A stretch of DNA of 28,528 nt. It comes from a virus (Duplodnaviria > Caudoviricetes). This document shows positions 15,370 to 23,900 of this stretch, one piece after another. The stretch lies in IMG/VR virus record IMGVR_UViG_3300032305_001754, positions 1 to 28,528 of that record. One strand, written 5' to 3'. Made by a program: the position numbers and the translations under genes. Position 1 is the stretch's first letter. Every line of letters begins with the position of its first letter. The notes under the pieces are model-generated. The model was not told where the DNA came from. It saw nothing but the letters and a program-made list of their open reading frames with translations, and searched no databases.

Positions 15370-15776
15370 GCCGGGTAGCCTCCGCGAACGACGCCTGAAC
15401 CTGGGGGCCACTCGGGCAGCGTGAGCCAGAAGTCGGTGGCCCGGAGGTCGCCCATCTCGGCGATGAATGCGGTCTCCTCTATCACCGTTCTCTCGCTCGC
15501 GGCGATGCTGATCCCTCCCATCGGCAGAGAGGCGCCGGCGCCGGCGCCGGCGCCGAAGGCGACATCCGAAGGCTCTTCGGCCTCAGCGCCGATCGTCTCG
15601 GTAACTCCTCGCCTGGAGACGAGTTCGTTTGGGTGTTCCGGATAGAAGCAGTACCAAACTCCGTTACTCAGCCATCCGGCGAAGATTCGATACCCGCTCG
15701 GGCCTTCCTGGCAGACGATGACGACAGACCTCTCGGTCGGCATCTTCTCGGCGACTGGAATCCAGGGGATGTTCAT
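15366..15776 (-). CDS. DUF551-like protein with an internal acidic/Gly-Ala insertion
   Basis: Start re-called at ATG 15776. WIPVAEKMP...VIV N-terminus and DFWLTLPEWP C-terminus. Confidence 0.7.
   Translation of the reverse strand: MNIPWIPVAEKMPTERSVVIVCQEGPSGYRIFAGWLSNGVWYCFYPEHPNELVSRRGVTETIGAEAEEPSDVAFGAGAGAGASLPMGGISIAASERTVIEETAFIAEMGDLRATDFWLTLPEWPPGSGVVRGGYPA
15531..15554. repeat. (GGCGCC)x4 tandem repeat encoding GAGAGAGA
   Basis: Direct reading of the sequence. Confidence 0.9.
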
Positions 15777-16255
15777 GTCTTCTCCCACGGTCGACTCAAC
15801 CGATCGATCTCGACGTACTTCTCGCTCTGGTACGTCCCGACAAGATCGGCGATCACCTCGTCGGCGGAGATGCACCCCAGAATCTCGACGGTGCGAAACT
15901 CTTCGTCGGCGATCCTGGCACCCCAGACGATCTTGCCGGCATCCTTCTTGCGAACCTTGACGGCGTTGCCAGTGCGGACACGACGAACCTCGATGTCGTC
16001 GCCGACATCCGCGAGGTGCTTGTACTTTTCGTGATCGACGCGGCACCACACGCCGCCGTGCCAATACTTGCCGGTGAACTTCGCGACCGCGAGTTCGCAG
16101 ATCGCGGCGGCTGGCTGGGCGAGACGATCTTCCTGCATCCGCGAGCGGTCGTAGTGGGGCGCGTCCTCGACGTTCCAGTTGGCGGTGAAGCGTCCGATGC
16201 CCACGGCGAAGGCTCGCTCGTATTCCCAGGGAAGGAGTTCGATGATGGGGTTCAT
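15773..16255 (-). CDS. Hypothetical protein, probable restriction-endonuclease-like fold
   Basis: CELAVAK...ADVG..IEVR resembles an E...PD...ExK core with K replaced by R. Confidence 0.6.
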   Translation of the reverse strand: MNPIIELLPWEYERAFAVGIGRFTANWNVEDAPHYDRSRMQEDRLAQPAAAICELAVAKFTGKYWHGGVWCRVDHEKYKHLADVGDDIEVRRVRTGNAVKVRKKDAGKIVWGARIADEEFRTVEILGCISADEVIADLVGTYQSEKYVEIDRLSRPWEKT

Positions 16256-16256
16256 G

Positions 16257-16793
16257 TCAGAACAGCATTAATTGAACAGGCTCAGGCCCAGGCGCACCGT
16301 CGAGAACGTGCCAAGCGTCCTTCCACTCGCCGAACCTCTTTCGACAGAAACTGCCTCGCACCATCCCTGCGTGTTTTGGGCATCGGAAGCGGTCGGTTGG
16401 AATGAGAAAGACCTCGAAGGATGAAAGCAGACACACTGCCATGACGTCGATTGCGGACAGCGGATATCTGCGAACATTGCGGTTGGCTGCGTAGGCGCGA
16501 ACTGGTGAGCAATCAAGGCGCCCGGTCTTTCCGGCACCGCACTTTGCCTGAACCCGATGTCCGTTGATGACAAGGTCATATGGCAGGCCTCTCTTTCGGA
16601 CGTCTTCCCACCGAAGAGACCTCTTTGTCGCCTCGCCCAAGAGCCAGTCACCAAACCTGTCCTCGCCAAAAGCCGTGTTTAGTTTTGCCAGTGCGGCAGG
16701 GTCAGAGATGCACTTCGCAAAGGCAGCGATGGCGTTTGCGGTGGCGGCGTCTGACCTGAGTGCTAGTCCATCAATCAAGAGCCGAGCCTCCAC
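16257..16793 (-). CDS. PD-(D/E)XK endonuclease, I-Ssp6803I/PDDEXK_5-like (probable free-standing homing endonuclease)
   Basis: GE...PYDLVINGHRVQAK...Y....IDVMAV...FLIP. Start re-called at GTG 16793 (TAGTG overlap). Visibly more A/T-ending codons than its neighbours. Confidence 0.75.
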   Translation of the reverse strand: MEARLLIDGLALRSDAATANAIAAFAKCISDPAALAKLNTAFGEDRFGDWLLGEATKRSLRWEDVRKRGLPYDLVINGHRVQAKCGAGKTGRLDCSPVRAYAANRNVRRYPLSAIDVMAVCLLSSFEVFLIPTDRFRCPKHAGMVRGSFCRKRFGEWKDAWHVLDGAPGPEPVQLMLF

Positions 16794-17746
16794 TACATAG
16801 CCGCGACTCTTGGCTTCCTGCCGTTCGCCATTCCGCCCCCCGCGATCCGCTCCTGCGCAAGCGCGACGTACTCCGGATTGAGTTCGATGCCGACCGAGTC
16901 GCGGCCCAAGACTTTGGCGACGGCAAGAGTGGTGCCGCTGCCCGCGAACGGGTCGAGGACGACGCACGGCACGGGTTCATGCGGCTCGCACTTGCACGAC
17001 TGCTGCCAGCCGAGAGTCTCGACCGCCACGCCAGCCACGCTGTTCGCGCAGGAGTTTCCAGTGCCAGCCGCGCCGGTTCGTTTGACGTAGTCGGCGGGCC
17101 TGGGCCGCAGCAACTTCGTCCGCTTCGTGACCCTCGCCCACGGCGAGCCGCAGTGCGGGCAGCGGCCCCGCTCGCTGCTGCCGGCCTTGATGCACGTCTC
17201 GGCCAGTTCCGGCGGCATCGTGGCGAAGTGGGCGCCGGCGTAGGGCTTCGTGGCAATCCGCCAGACGGAGCGACGGTTGCGGCTGCCGATCTCGGACGGC
17301 TCCTTGATCGCCTCCGCGTCGAAGAAGTAGTCAGCCTGCTTCGCGAGCAGGAAGACGTATTCGTGAGCCTTCGTGCATCGATCGGTCACGCTCTCGGGCA
17401 TGGGGGACGGCTTGTGCCAGACAACATCCTGGCGAAGCACCCACCCGTCCGCCTGGGCGGCCAGGGCCAGCCTCCACGGAACGCCGAGCAACTGCTTGCC
17501 ACTGCCGTAGGAGTCGCCGACGTTGAGCCACAGCGTCCCGTCGTCGCGAAGCACTCGACGACACTCGCAGAGAACCGCGACCATCCGGTCGATGTACTCC
17601 TGCACCGTGCCTTCCAGGCCGATCTGCCCGTCGTGTCCGTAGTTGCGCTGGTTGTAGTAAGGCGGCGAGGTCACGATGCAATGCACACTCCCGCTCTCCA
17701 TCGAGGCGAGATGCTGAATCGCGTCGGCGTTGACGAGAGTGTGCAT
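16793..17746 (-). CDS. Beta-class amino DNA methyltransferase (SPPY, likely N4-cytosine)
   Basis: VTSPPYY precedes [32 protein letters not shown], and a CPHCG...CKC insertion. Confidence 0.95.
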   Translation of the reverse strand: MHTLVNADAIQHLASMESGSVHCIVTSPPYYNQRNYGHDGQIGLEGTVQEYIDRMVAVLCECRRVLRDDGTLWLNVGDSYGSGKQLLGVPWRLALAAQADGWVLRQDVVWHKPSPMPESVTDRCTKAHEYVFLLAKQADYFFDAEAIKEPSEIGSRNRRSVWRIATKPYAGAHFATMPPELAETCIKAGSSERGRCPHCGSPWARVTKRTKLLRPRPADYVKRTGAAGTGNSCANSVAGVAVETLGWQQSCKCEPHEPVPCVVLDPFAGSGTTLAVAKVLGRDSVGIELNPEYVALAQERIAGGGMANGRKPRVAAM

Positions 17747-17763
17747 TGCCGTGTCCGTACTAC

Positions 17764-18063
17764 TCAGGCCGTCTCGCGAACGAGCGTCACGCCGAACTCA
17801 CCCGGCTTGGCCGGCGGGATCGTGTCGGCGGCCGTGAACTCGAACACGGCCGGCTCGCTGACGTTGCCGGCGTCGTCGATGTCGACGAGGGTCACGATGA
17901 CCTGGGCATCCTGCGGAACGATGATCTCGCCGAAGGAGGTCGCCTCTGGTGGGAAGTCAGCGGGAGCGCCGCTCGCCTCGCCGTTGACGATGACCGTGAG
18001 TTGGCGAGCCACGACATCGGGGTCGATCGACGGGGCTGCGGTGACGCTGTAGACGAGGGCCAT
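17764..18063 (-). CDS. Small acidic Ig/FN3-like beta-sandwich protein
   Basis: [16 protein letters not shown]...ADTIPPAKP. Start at 18063 (GGAG SD) or 18174. Confidence 0.7.
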   Translation of the reverse strand: MALVYSVTAAPSIDPDVVARQLTVIVNGEASGAPADFPPEATSFGEIIVPQDAQVIVTLVDIDDAGNVSEPAVFEFTAADTIPPAKPGEFGVTLVRETA

Positions 18064-18204
18064 GCTGGCAATCTCCCTGCGAATGAGACGTAGACGAGCC
18101 GCGTGAGGCCGACGCATCCGCATCGCCAGCCGGCGGAGTTCAGAGGCGACCGTGCGAGATGACCACGGCCACATAGATCGGGGACTCCATTCCTCCCGGA
18201 ATCA

Positions 18205-18253
18205 CCGTGGCGGGCTCCGATCCGTGGAGCCCGCCACGGAACCTTCCGTGGCG
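18205..18253. repeat. Two overlapping perfect inverted repeats
   Basis: 14-bp arms 18205-18218/18226-18239 and 10-bp arms 18232-18241/18244-18253. Confidence 0.9.
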
Positions 18254-18263
18254 AGACGCTCGA

Positions 18264-18291
18264 AGGTTAGCGTGTCCAGACAGCGGGTCAA
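18264..18291 (-). promoter_or_regulatory. Sigma70-like promoter
   Basis: TTGACC, 16 nt, TAACCT at the start of an intergenic gap. Confidence 0.6.
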
Positions 18292-18773
18292 GCGATTTTC
18301 TTCGCCAGCCACTCGCTCGCTGCCTTCGCCAGTCGGTCGCTCTTGGCGAGCGTCGGGAGTTCGCGGATGTACCACTCGCCGCCTTCGTCCCAGACTTCGT
18401 CGAGAGTCTTGCCGGCGAATCGACCCTCGCGGAGAACGATTGCCCGGCCCTTCTTTTCTTCAGCATCGAGCAGGCCTGGAATCGGCGGCATGAGCCAAGA
18501 GTGCATACACCACCAGCCGCACTGCACTCGCCACTGTTTGATGCCGTTGATGATCACGACCTCGGCCAAGTCCATCGGGAGGCCGCATTGGTTGCACGGC
18601 ACCGAGTCGAGCGAGAGCAGGAACCCCAGCGGAGGCGGACGGTCGTCGAAGTCGTCCTGGCTCGCCAGGATCGGCAGAGGCTCGTCCTGCTTGGGCTTGC
18701 GGCGACCGCCCTTCTTCTTTGACTGACCGTCGCCTTCGAGGGGCGACGTGTCGAACAGCATCGAGTCACTCAT
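18288..18773 (-). CDS. Zn-ribbon protein with a GRFAGKTLDEV..WYI small domain
   Basis: CNQC...CGWWC, plus a motif resembling the FGKYKGK...YL.W (DUF3820-like) domain. Confidence 0.7.
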   Translation of the reverse strand: MSDSMLFDTSPLEGDGQSKKKGGRRKPKQDEPLPILASQDDFDDRPPPLGFLLSLDSVPCNQCGLPMDLAEVVIINGIKQWRVQCGWWCMHSWLMPPIPGLLDAEEKKGRAIVLREGRFAGKTLDEVWDEGGEWYIRELPTLAKSDRLAKAASEWLAKKIA

Positions 18774-19521
18774 CGCGGGTCATCTCCGTGAGAACCCAGT
18801 CTCGATGGACGCTCAGGCGGACATGGACGGACTCCTCGCCATACGTTGCGGTGGGCGAGCGGCCCTCGGCCATGATGCAAGAGTTGATACCGGCCAGTTC
18901 GCTGCCCAGGAACAGGCCTCCGCCGCTGTCACCCGCGCAGATCAGAAACTCCAGCGTCGTCCAGGGCGGCCCCGAGATCGAGCAGATCAGGTAGTCCTCC
19001 GTGGCGGAGTCGATCACGTTGCTGCCCGCCCGCCGCTTGCCGTCGGAGCCCGTGACCCCGTCGCGGAAGTTGCCCCGCATTCCGTAGCCGGCGATCGACG
19101 CCGTCTTGCCCGACTCGTCCGCGTCCTTGTAGATCGCCGGATACCACTCCATCTCGACCGGCTCACGCAGTGTGCCGACGGCCAGATCGTTCGAGCCTCC
19201 CTTGCCTGCGCCGTAGAGCGGATGGGTCTGCATCCGCACCAGTTCTCGCTCGACGCCGTCTGGCCCTGTGATCTTCCACTGGCTCGTCCCTCGGACGACG
19301 TGGGCGGCCGTCAGGACATGGCGAGGCGACACGATCACGCACGATGCCATGCACACGCCGGTGGGGTTGTCGTCGGTCTTGTCGCCCTTGCAGCGAATCC
19401 TGGCGACGTGGACGAACTTGCTGCCGTACTCGACGTGCTTCGAGTCCTCGACGCGAGGGCTGATCGTTCCGCCCATCAAGGCGAAGGCGACAACGGCAAC
19501 TGCGGCAAGTCTTGGATTCAC
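18766..19521 (-). CDS. Trypsin-like (S1) serine protease with signal-like N-terminus
   Basis: VLTAAHV, NDLAV, GDSGGG triad. Start re-called at GTG 19521 (GTGA overlap). Confidence 0.9.
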   Translation of the reverse strand: MNPRLAAVAVVAFALMGGTISPRVEDSKHVEYGSKFVHVARIRCKGDKTDDNPTGVCMASCVIVSPRHVLTAAHVVRGTSQWKITGPDGVERELVRMQTHPLYGAGKGGSNDLAVGTLREPVEMEWYPAIYKDADESGKTASIAGYGMRGNFRDGVTGSDGKRRAGSNVIDSATEDYLICSISGPPWTTLEFLICAGDSGGGLFLGSELAGINSCIMAEGRSPTATYGEESVHVRLSVHRDWVLTEMTRDE

Positions 19522-21182
19522 AGTGGCAACTCCAGCCTGTTCCGGTCGCCGTCCTGAACGTAGGTCAGCGACTTCTTGGCCCTCGTCACGGCGACGTAGG
19601 CAACGCGGCACTCCTCGTCGTGCAGTTCCGGCAACGACTCGCGAGAGCGGTCGACGCTCGGGCTGGAGATCGAGGAGAGGATGACGTGATCGGCTTCGAG
19701 CCCCTTGGCCGAATGAATCGTCGAGAGCCGGATCGGCGGATTGCTGGCGAGCGACTCGCCGAACCTCGTCGCCGCCTCATGCCAGAGGGCAGCCCGCTCC
19801 TGGCACTTCGGCTCGATCGCCTCGGCCCACCGACCCTCGCGAACCAGCGTCCGCATTTCAGGCGTGAACCCGACGAGATCGAAGTCGTCGTCGATCGGTC
19901 GGATGATGTCGAGATGGCTCTTGCGGCCGTCCTTCCACGCAGTCTTTGCACCGCGAGTCATCAGGACTCCGTGACGCTCGGTCTTGACCGACAGGATCGA
20001 GACTGCGTGAGCGAGGTCTTCGCCCCGGCAGGCCCGGCCGTGCTGGAGCGACCACAGGCTTCCGTATCCAGACATCTGGGCCGCAGCGTGGCCCTTGTCC
20101 ACCCACTGGTACGGCAGCCGTCGAGACTTGAGAACGGCCTCGTACTCTTCGAGGCTGAACGTGCATCGGCCCAGCAGCAGAGCGCTGGAGTCGGCCGTGA
20201 GTCGGTCGATTGCTTCGCAGGCCGAGCCCACCTGATCCACTCGCCCGCCATTGCTGGCAGGACGGATGCCACGGTCTCGGTAGCCCCGATTCATCTGCCT
20301 CAGGCAACGCTCTCCGAGTGCGAGAATCTCACTCGGGCAACGGTAGGACTGCGGCATGGTGTACTCGTCTGCGTCCCAGGCCAGGAACAGGCTGTAGTCG
20401 CCGCCGGCGAAACTGTGGATCGACTGGTACGGATCGCCACACAGCCATATTCGCTCGACTCGGCCGCCGCCGGCAAGTCGACGGCAGACTCGATCGACCA
20501 ATGGAGAACTGTCCTGAGCCTCGTCGACGGCCAGCACACGAAGCGACTCCGGCGTGTCGCCCATTGGCTCGATCTCGACCGGCCCGTCGACGGTGAACCG
20601 CACCCCAGCGAAGCCGGCAATCATGTCGCTGAAGTCGAGTCGGCCCTCTCGGAGTTTCGCCAACTCGTACTTCCGGATGATCGCCGTGGCCTCCGTCAGT
20701 TCCGGAGACCGCTCGTTGCAAGTCGCCCAGCGGCGGAGAGTCTTGGAGAGCGGCTCCATCCGGCTGCGGGCCAGTTCCCAGGCCCTCATCGCCAGCGGGA
20801 TGATGTCATTCTCATCGGTGACGTACTGCCGCTCGCCACGGGCGTCGCTCTTCGTGTGAACCCGACCTCCCAGGACATTGCTGACCCACTCGTCTCCGCT
20901 GACGCCCTCGATCAACTGCCCCTCCTCGACTCCGCAGCAGCGGTGAGCGATCGAGTGAGCCGTGCGGAACCAGCCTCGCCGCGTGAGGTCTTCGGGCGAG
21001 ACACCCCAGGCGTCGGCGGCCCGCTCCGCGATCTCCGCCCGGCCGGCTCGGGTGAAGGTGCAAAACCCGATCTCGTCCACGCTCAGGCCCAACTCGTCCT
21101 TCGCCTGGGTCAGCCTCTCCAGGATGAGCCGAGTCTTTCCCGTCCCCGCGCCGCCGATTGCCCGCTCTACTTTCGCCCTCAT
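19518..21182 (-). CDS. UvrD/Rep-like superfamily 1 DNA helicase
   Basis: GGAGTGKT, TFTR, VDEAQD, GDPYQSI, QSYRC, STIHSAKGLE, AYVAVTRAK. Confidence 0.95.
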   Translation of the reverse strand: MRAKVERAIGGAGTGKTRLILERLTQAKDELGLSVDEIGFCTFTRAGRAEIAERAADAWGVSPEDLTRRGWFRTAHSIAHRCCGVEEGQLIEGVSGDEWVSNVLGGRVHTKSDARGERQYVTDENDIIPLAMRAWELARSRMEPLSKTLRRWATCNERSPELTEATAIIRKYELAKLREGRLDFSDMIAGFAGVRFTVDGPVEIEPMGDTPESLRVLAVDEAQDSSPLVDRVCRRLAGGGRVERIWLCGDPYQSIHSFAGGDYSLFLAWDADEYTMPQSYRCPSEILALGERCLRQMNRGYRDRGIRPASNGGRVDQVGSACEAIDRLTADSSALLLGRCTFSLEEYEAVLKSRRLPYQWVDKGHAAAQMSGYGSLWSLQHGRACRGEDLAHAVSILSVKTERHGVLMTRGAKTAWKDGRKSHLDIIRPIDDDFDLVGFTPEMRTLVREGRWAEAIEPKCQERAALWHEAATRFGESLASNPPIRLSTIHSAKGLEADHVILSSISSPSVDRSRESLPELHDEECRVAYVAVTRAKKSLTYVQDGDRNRLELPL

Positions 21183-21350
21183 TTTACGCCTCCGGATATA
21201 CCGCCTATGCAGCCCTATGCCCGTTCCAAACGGAATAGATATAAGGAGAAAAAATCCCTATTTTTACAGGTCGAACCATTGCGGATTTGGGGGGTATACC
21301 ACCTATACCGCGTAATTTCGTGGTGGAGAGAAATTGTCTCCCTATACGGA
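21183..21350. other. Putative replication origin
   Basis: AT-rich intergenic gap between prim-pol and helicase with repeated TATACC(G/A)CCTAT / CCTATAC motifs and short palindromes. Confidence 0.55.
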
Positions 21351-22958
21351 ATCGGCGAGTTTCCTCAGGGCGTCGATGTGACGCTCGCGGAAGATGTGCC
21401 ACTTCCCCTGGCGGCCGTTGACCTTCTTGGAGATCATCGAGATCGTCTTCTCGCCGGCCGCATCCAGGATCGCCTCCTTGAGAGCAGCCCGCTGCGAAAT
21501 CCCCAACGCTCCTGCCTTGGCGTTCTGCCATGCCTTGCTGACGGTCTCATGCCACTTGAGCCACAGGCACCACTCTCCGGACGAGTTTTGAATCCACTTC
21601 GGAAGACCCGAGTGGTTTGGCTTCCTGTCGTCCTCGTCGCTGGCCTCGGCCTTCTGGTGCGAGTCCAGGTACGAGAGCAGAATCGACGCGTTGTACGTCG
21701 TGACATTCGCCTCCGGAGGCGGAATCTCGCTCTCGGCGTCGTCGGTCAGCAGCGACATGAGCCCGCGAATGTCGTCGTATCCGCCCTCGTCGTTCTTGAT
21801 CGACTCCCCAGTCCAGGCCCTCGCCCACCGCGTTGGATTCGGATCGAGCGGATTGACCTTCCCGGTGGCCTCCAGGATTCTCACGGCGACTTTTCGAGGA
21901 GTGACCCACTCCTCCGCCGAGAGCCGCACCGTGACGCTTCGGTTCTCATGCGGGACTGGAACCCGCAACTTGTACTCGGCGTGTTCCCCGCGAACGATCG
22001 TGAGTCTCCACTCCCCAGGCTCCCAGCACCGTTCTTCGGAGTTCCAGGCCAGACCGTACTGCTCGAACTTGAACTTGCCTGACGCCCGTCTCGCGATGGC
22101 ACGGTCGCGGTAGTACGCAAACTGATCGGCGGCAATCTTGGAGACCTCGGCGTCTCCCTTCGGCGGCTCACACATTGCCGCGTTGACGCAGAGCATCGTC
22201 TGCGTCAACTCTTCCAGTTCCTCGCCCGTGTGCTGACGGATGCGGGCCGCCAACTTGGAGGCGATGCCGACCAGGAACGCGTGACGGCCACCTTCGGAAA
22301 TCCTGTCGGCCGCCCTCAGTGCCTTCCTCGCCTGAGCAGTGACGCCCGACCGCTGGCGACGCGAGGACGCCAGCACCGCGTCCCTGAAGGCATCTGGAAG
22401 CCTCGCCGGATTCACTTCCTCCGGAGACCGCCCTGGCAGCCACTTGTACTGGACTCCTGACTTGTGCCAGGACGGAGGGATCACGGACTGGCTCGCCGTG
22501 CCGCCTCCGCCGATCCGAACTTCGATGCCCTCGACCTTGACGACGCCAGAGTCTGGCATCCAGTCTTCGTGAACGAAGATTCGGTGGACGCCTCGGCCGC
22601 TGGAGTAGGCCGGCGTGTCGATCAGATCGAGCCCGTACCGCTTGAGCGCGTCCTCGGCCTCGGGCGAGTCGAACTCGACGTCGATGACGCCGCTCGTCGC
22701 TCCGAGCCGCACTCCGACATTGAGGCGGGTGTGGGGCTCATCGACGCTGTCGAACCAGTACGAGATGTCGTCCTCGTTGTCCGTCGCGCGGTGCTGCCAC
22801 CCTGCTCCGCCGCTGGGATGCTTTCCGGGAGTCGCGCAGTCGGCCTTGCCGCATGTGCATTTCCCGTTGTCCATCACGCCCCACAGGCGGCAGATTTTCC
22901 AGCCCCTGGCCGCGAGTTTGGCGACCTCCTTGAACATACCGGTTGCGTCGTACTTCAC
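21342..22958 (-). CDS. Bifunctional primase-polymerase (prim-pol) with PriCT-1-like domain and uncharacterised C-terminus
   Basis: CTCG...C..PGKHP, AT, NVGV..G...VIDVE, GRGVH, VIPPS.HKSG..Y.W, EGGRH..L. Start re-called at GTG 22958 after AAGGAGG. Confidence 0.9.
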   Translation of the reverse strand: MKYDATGMFKEVAKLAARGWKICRLWGVMDNGKCTCGKADCATPGKHPSGGAGWQHRATDNEDDISYWFDSVDEPHTRLNVGVRLGATSGVIDVEFDSPEAEDALKRYGLDLIDTPAYSSGRGVHRIFVHEDWMPDSGVVKVEGIEVRIGGGGTASQSVIPPSWHKSGVQYKWLPGRSPEEVNPARLPDAFRDAVLASSRRQRSGVTAQARKALRAADRISEGGRHAFLVGIASKLAARIRQHTGEELEELTQTMLCVNAAMCEPPKGDAEVSKIAADQFAYYRDRAIARRASGKFKFEQYGLAWNSEERCWEPGEWRLTIVRGEHAEYKLRVPVPHENRSVTVRLSAEEWVTPRKVAVRILEATGKVNPLDPNPTRWARAWTGESIKNDEGGYDDIRGLMSLLTDDAESEIPPPEANVTTYNASILLSYLDSHQKAEASDEDDRKPNHSGLPKWIQNSSGEWCLWLKWHETVSKAWQNAKAGALGISQRAALKEAILDAAGEKTISMISKKVNGRQGKWHIFRERHIDALRKLADSV

Positions 22959-22997
22959 AGTTTTTCCTCCTTGAAAGACTTGAGTGCAGAAAGATGC

Positions 22998-23028
22998 CCC
23001 CCTCGCCGAGCAAGTCTCGGCGAGGGGG
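22998..23028 (-). terminator. Putative intrinsic terminator/attenuator ahead of prim-pol
   Basis: Perfect 13-bp stem (22998-23010/23016-23028), 5-nt loop, followed on the minus strand only by a weak U-tract (gcatctttct). Confidence 0.55.
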
Positions 23029-23062
23029 TCTAGAGACACAGCAGCGAGGCCGCAGGCCCTGC

Positions 23063-23866
23063 TCAGAACGGAACGGCTTCGTTCGACGAGACGGCAACCG
23101 CCTCGGCGACGGCTGCCACGGCACGGCTCGACGCCGGCGGAGACACGATCGACGTCATCACGTCGGTGATCTTCGCCTTCGCCAGCCGGCCCTGCTCCTC
23201 GCTGATCTCGCCGACCTTCTTGGCGACGAGGACGGCGTACTCCGCACGGGCGCCCTTCCGCTTCTCCAGGGTCAGTTCCACCACCGCACGGTAGTGAAAC
23301 AGCCCCTCGGCCGTGATGCCCCGCAGGAGATCATCGACGGCCCGCAGGCTCGTCTGGCTCACGCGGCAGAACACCGGCAGCGAATCCTCCTCGCGGAGGA
23401 TGCCGAGAACCCGGCTCGACTTCGCGCGGGGCGGCTTCGAGCCCGGCCCGCGACCTTCCCACGCGAAGTAGGGAATCTTCGCCACGGCGTAGGTGCCGTC
23501 GGCGTTCTTGGCCGCCTCGATCACGTTGCGATCGAGGTCGCCGAAGTCCGACCCGCACCGATACGCGATCCGACCGTCGTCGCTGACGAGCAGCGGCCTG
23601 CTCCCCGGCGTCGCGTCGCTCTGCGGCCACAACACCGACTCCGTCCGACCGACCACGACGAGCAGGCCCTTGATCGCCTTCTCGCTGAAGTCCATGCCGG
23701 CCTTGGTCGACCACGACCACCGTGTCGCGCCGCCCGTGGGAATCTTGACCCAGGTGAGGTCGCTGCTCCGCAGCGACTCTCCGCCCAGGTTCGCGGACAG
23801 CAGGTCGTCCGTGACGCTGCCCTCCGACAGGGCGCGGAAACCATCAACCGTCGTCAAACCGCTCAT
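23063..23866 (-). CDS. Putative ssDNA-binding/annealing protein
   Basis: KIPTGG and P....V..TSL motifs, flexible tail ending in VPF, located between the exonuclease and the primase. GAGGAGG SD. Confidence 0.6.
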   Translation of the reverse strand: MSGLTTVDGFRALSEGSVTDDLLSANLGGESLRSSDLTWVKIPTGGATRWSWSTKAGMDFSEKAIKGLLVVVGRTESVLWPQSDATPGSRPLLVSDDGRIAYRCGSDFGDLDRNVIEAAKNADGTYAVAKIPYFAWEGRGPGSKPPRAKSSRVLGILREEDSLPVFCRVSQTSLRAVDDLLRGITAEGLFHYRAVVELTLEKRKGARAEYAVLVAKKVGEISEEQGRLAKAKITDVMTSIVSPPASSRAVAAVAEAVAVSSNEAVPF

Positions 23867-23900
23867 GTGTGAGCCTCCTCAGGAAAAAAACCAACCAACA

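Noticed and set aside
19512-22082. 856-aa plus-strand ORF and other long plus-strand ORFs (8915-10516, 16760-18052, 23493-24809, 27101-28324)
   Set aside because: Antisense shadows of well-supported minus-strand genes in high-GC DNA, with no recognisable motifs.
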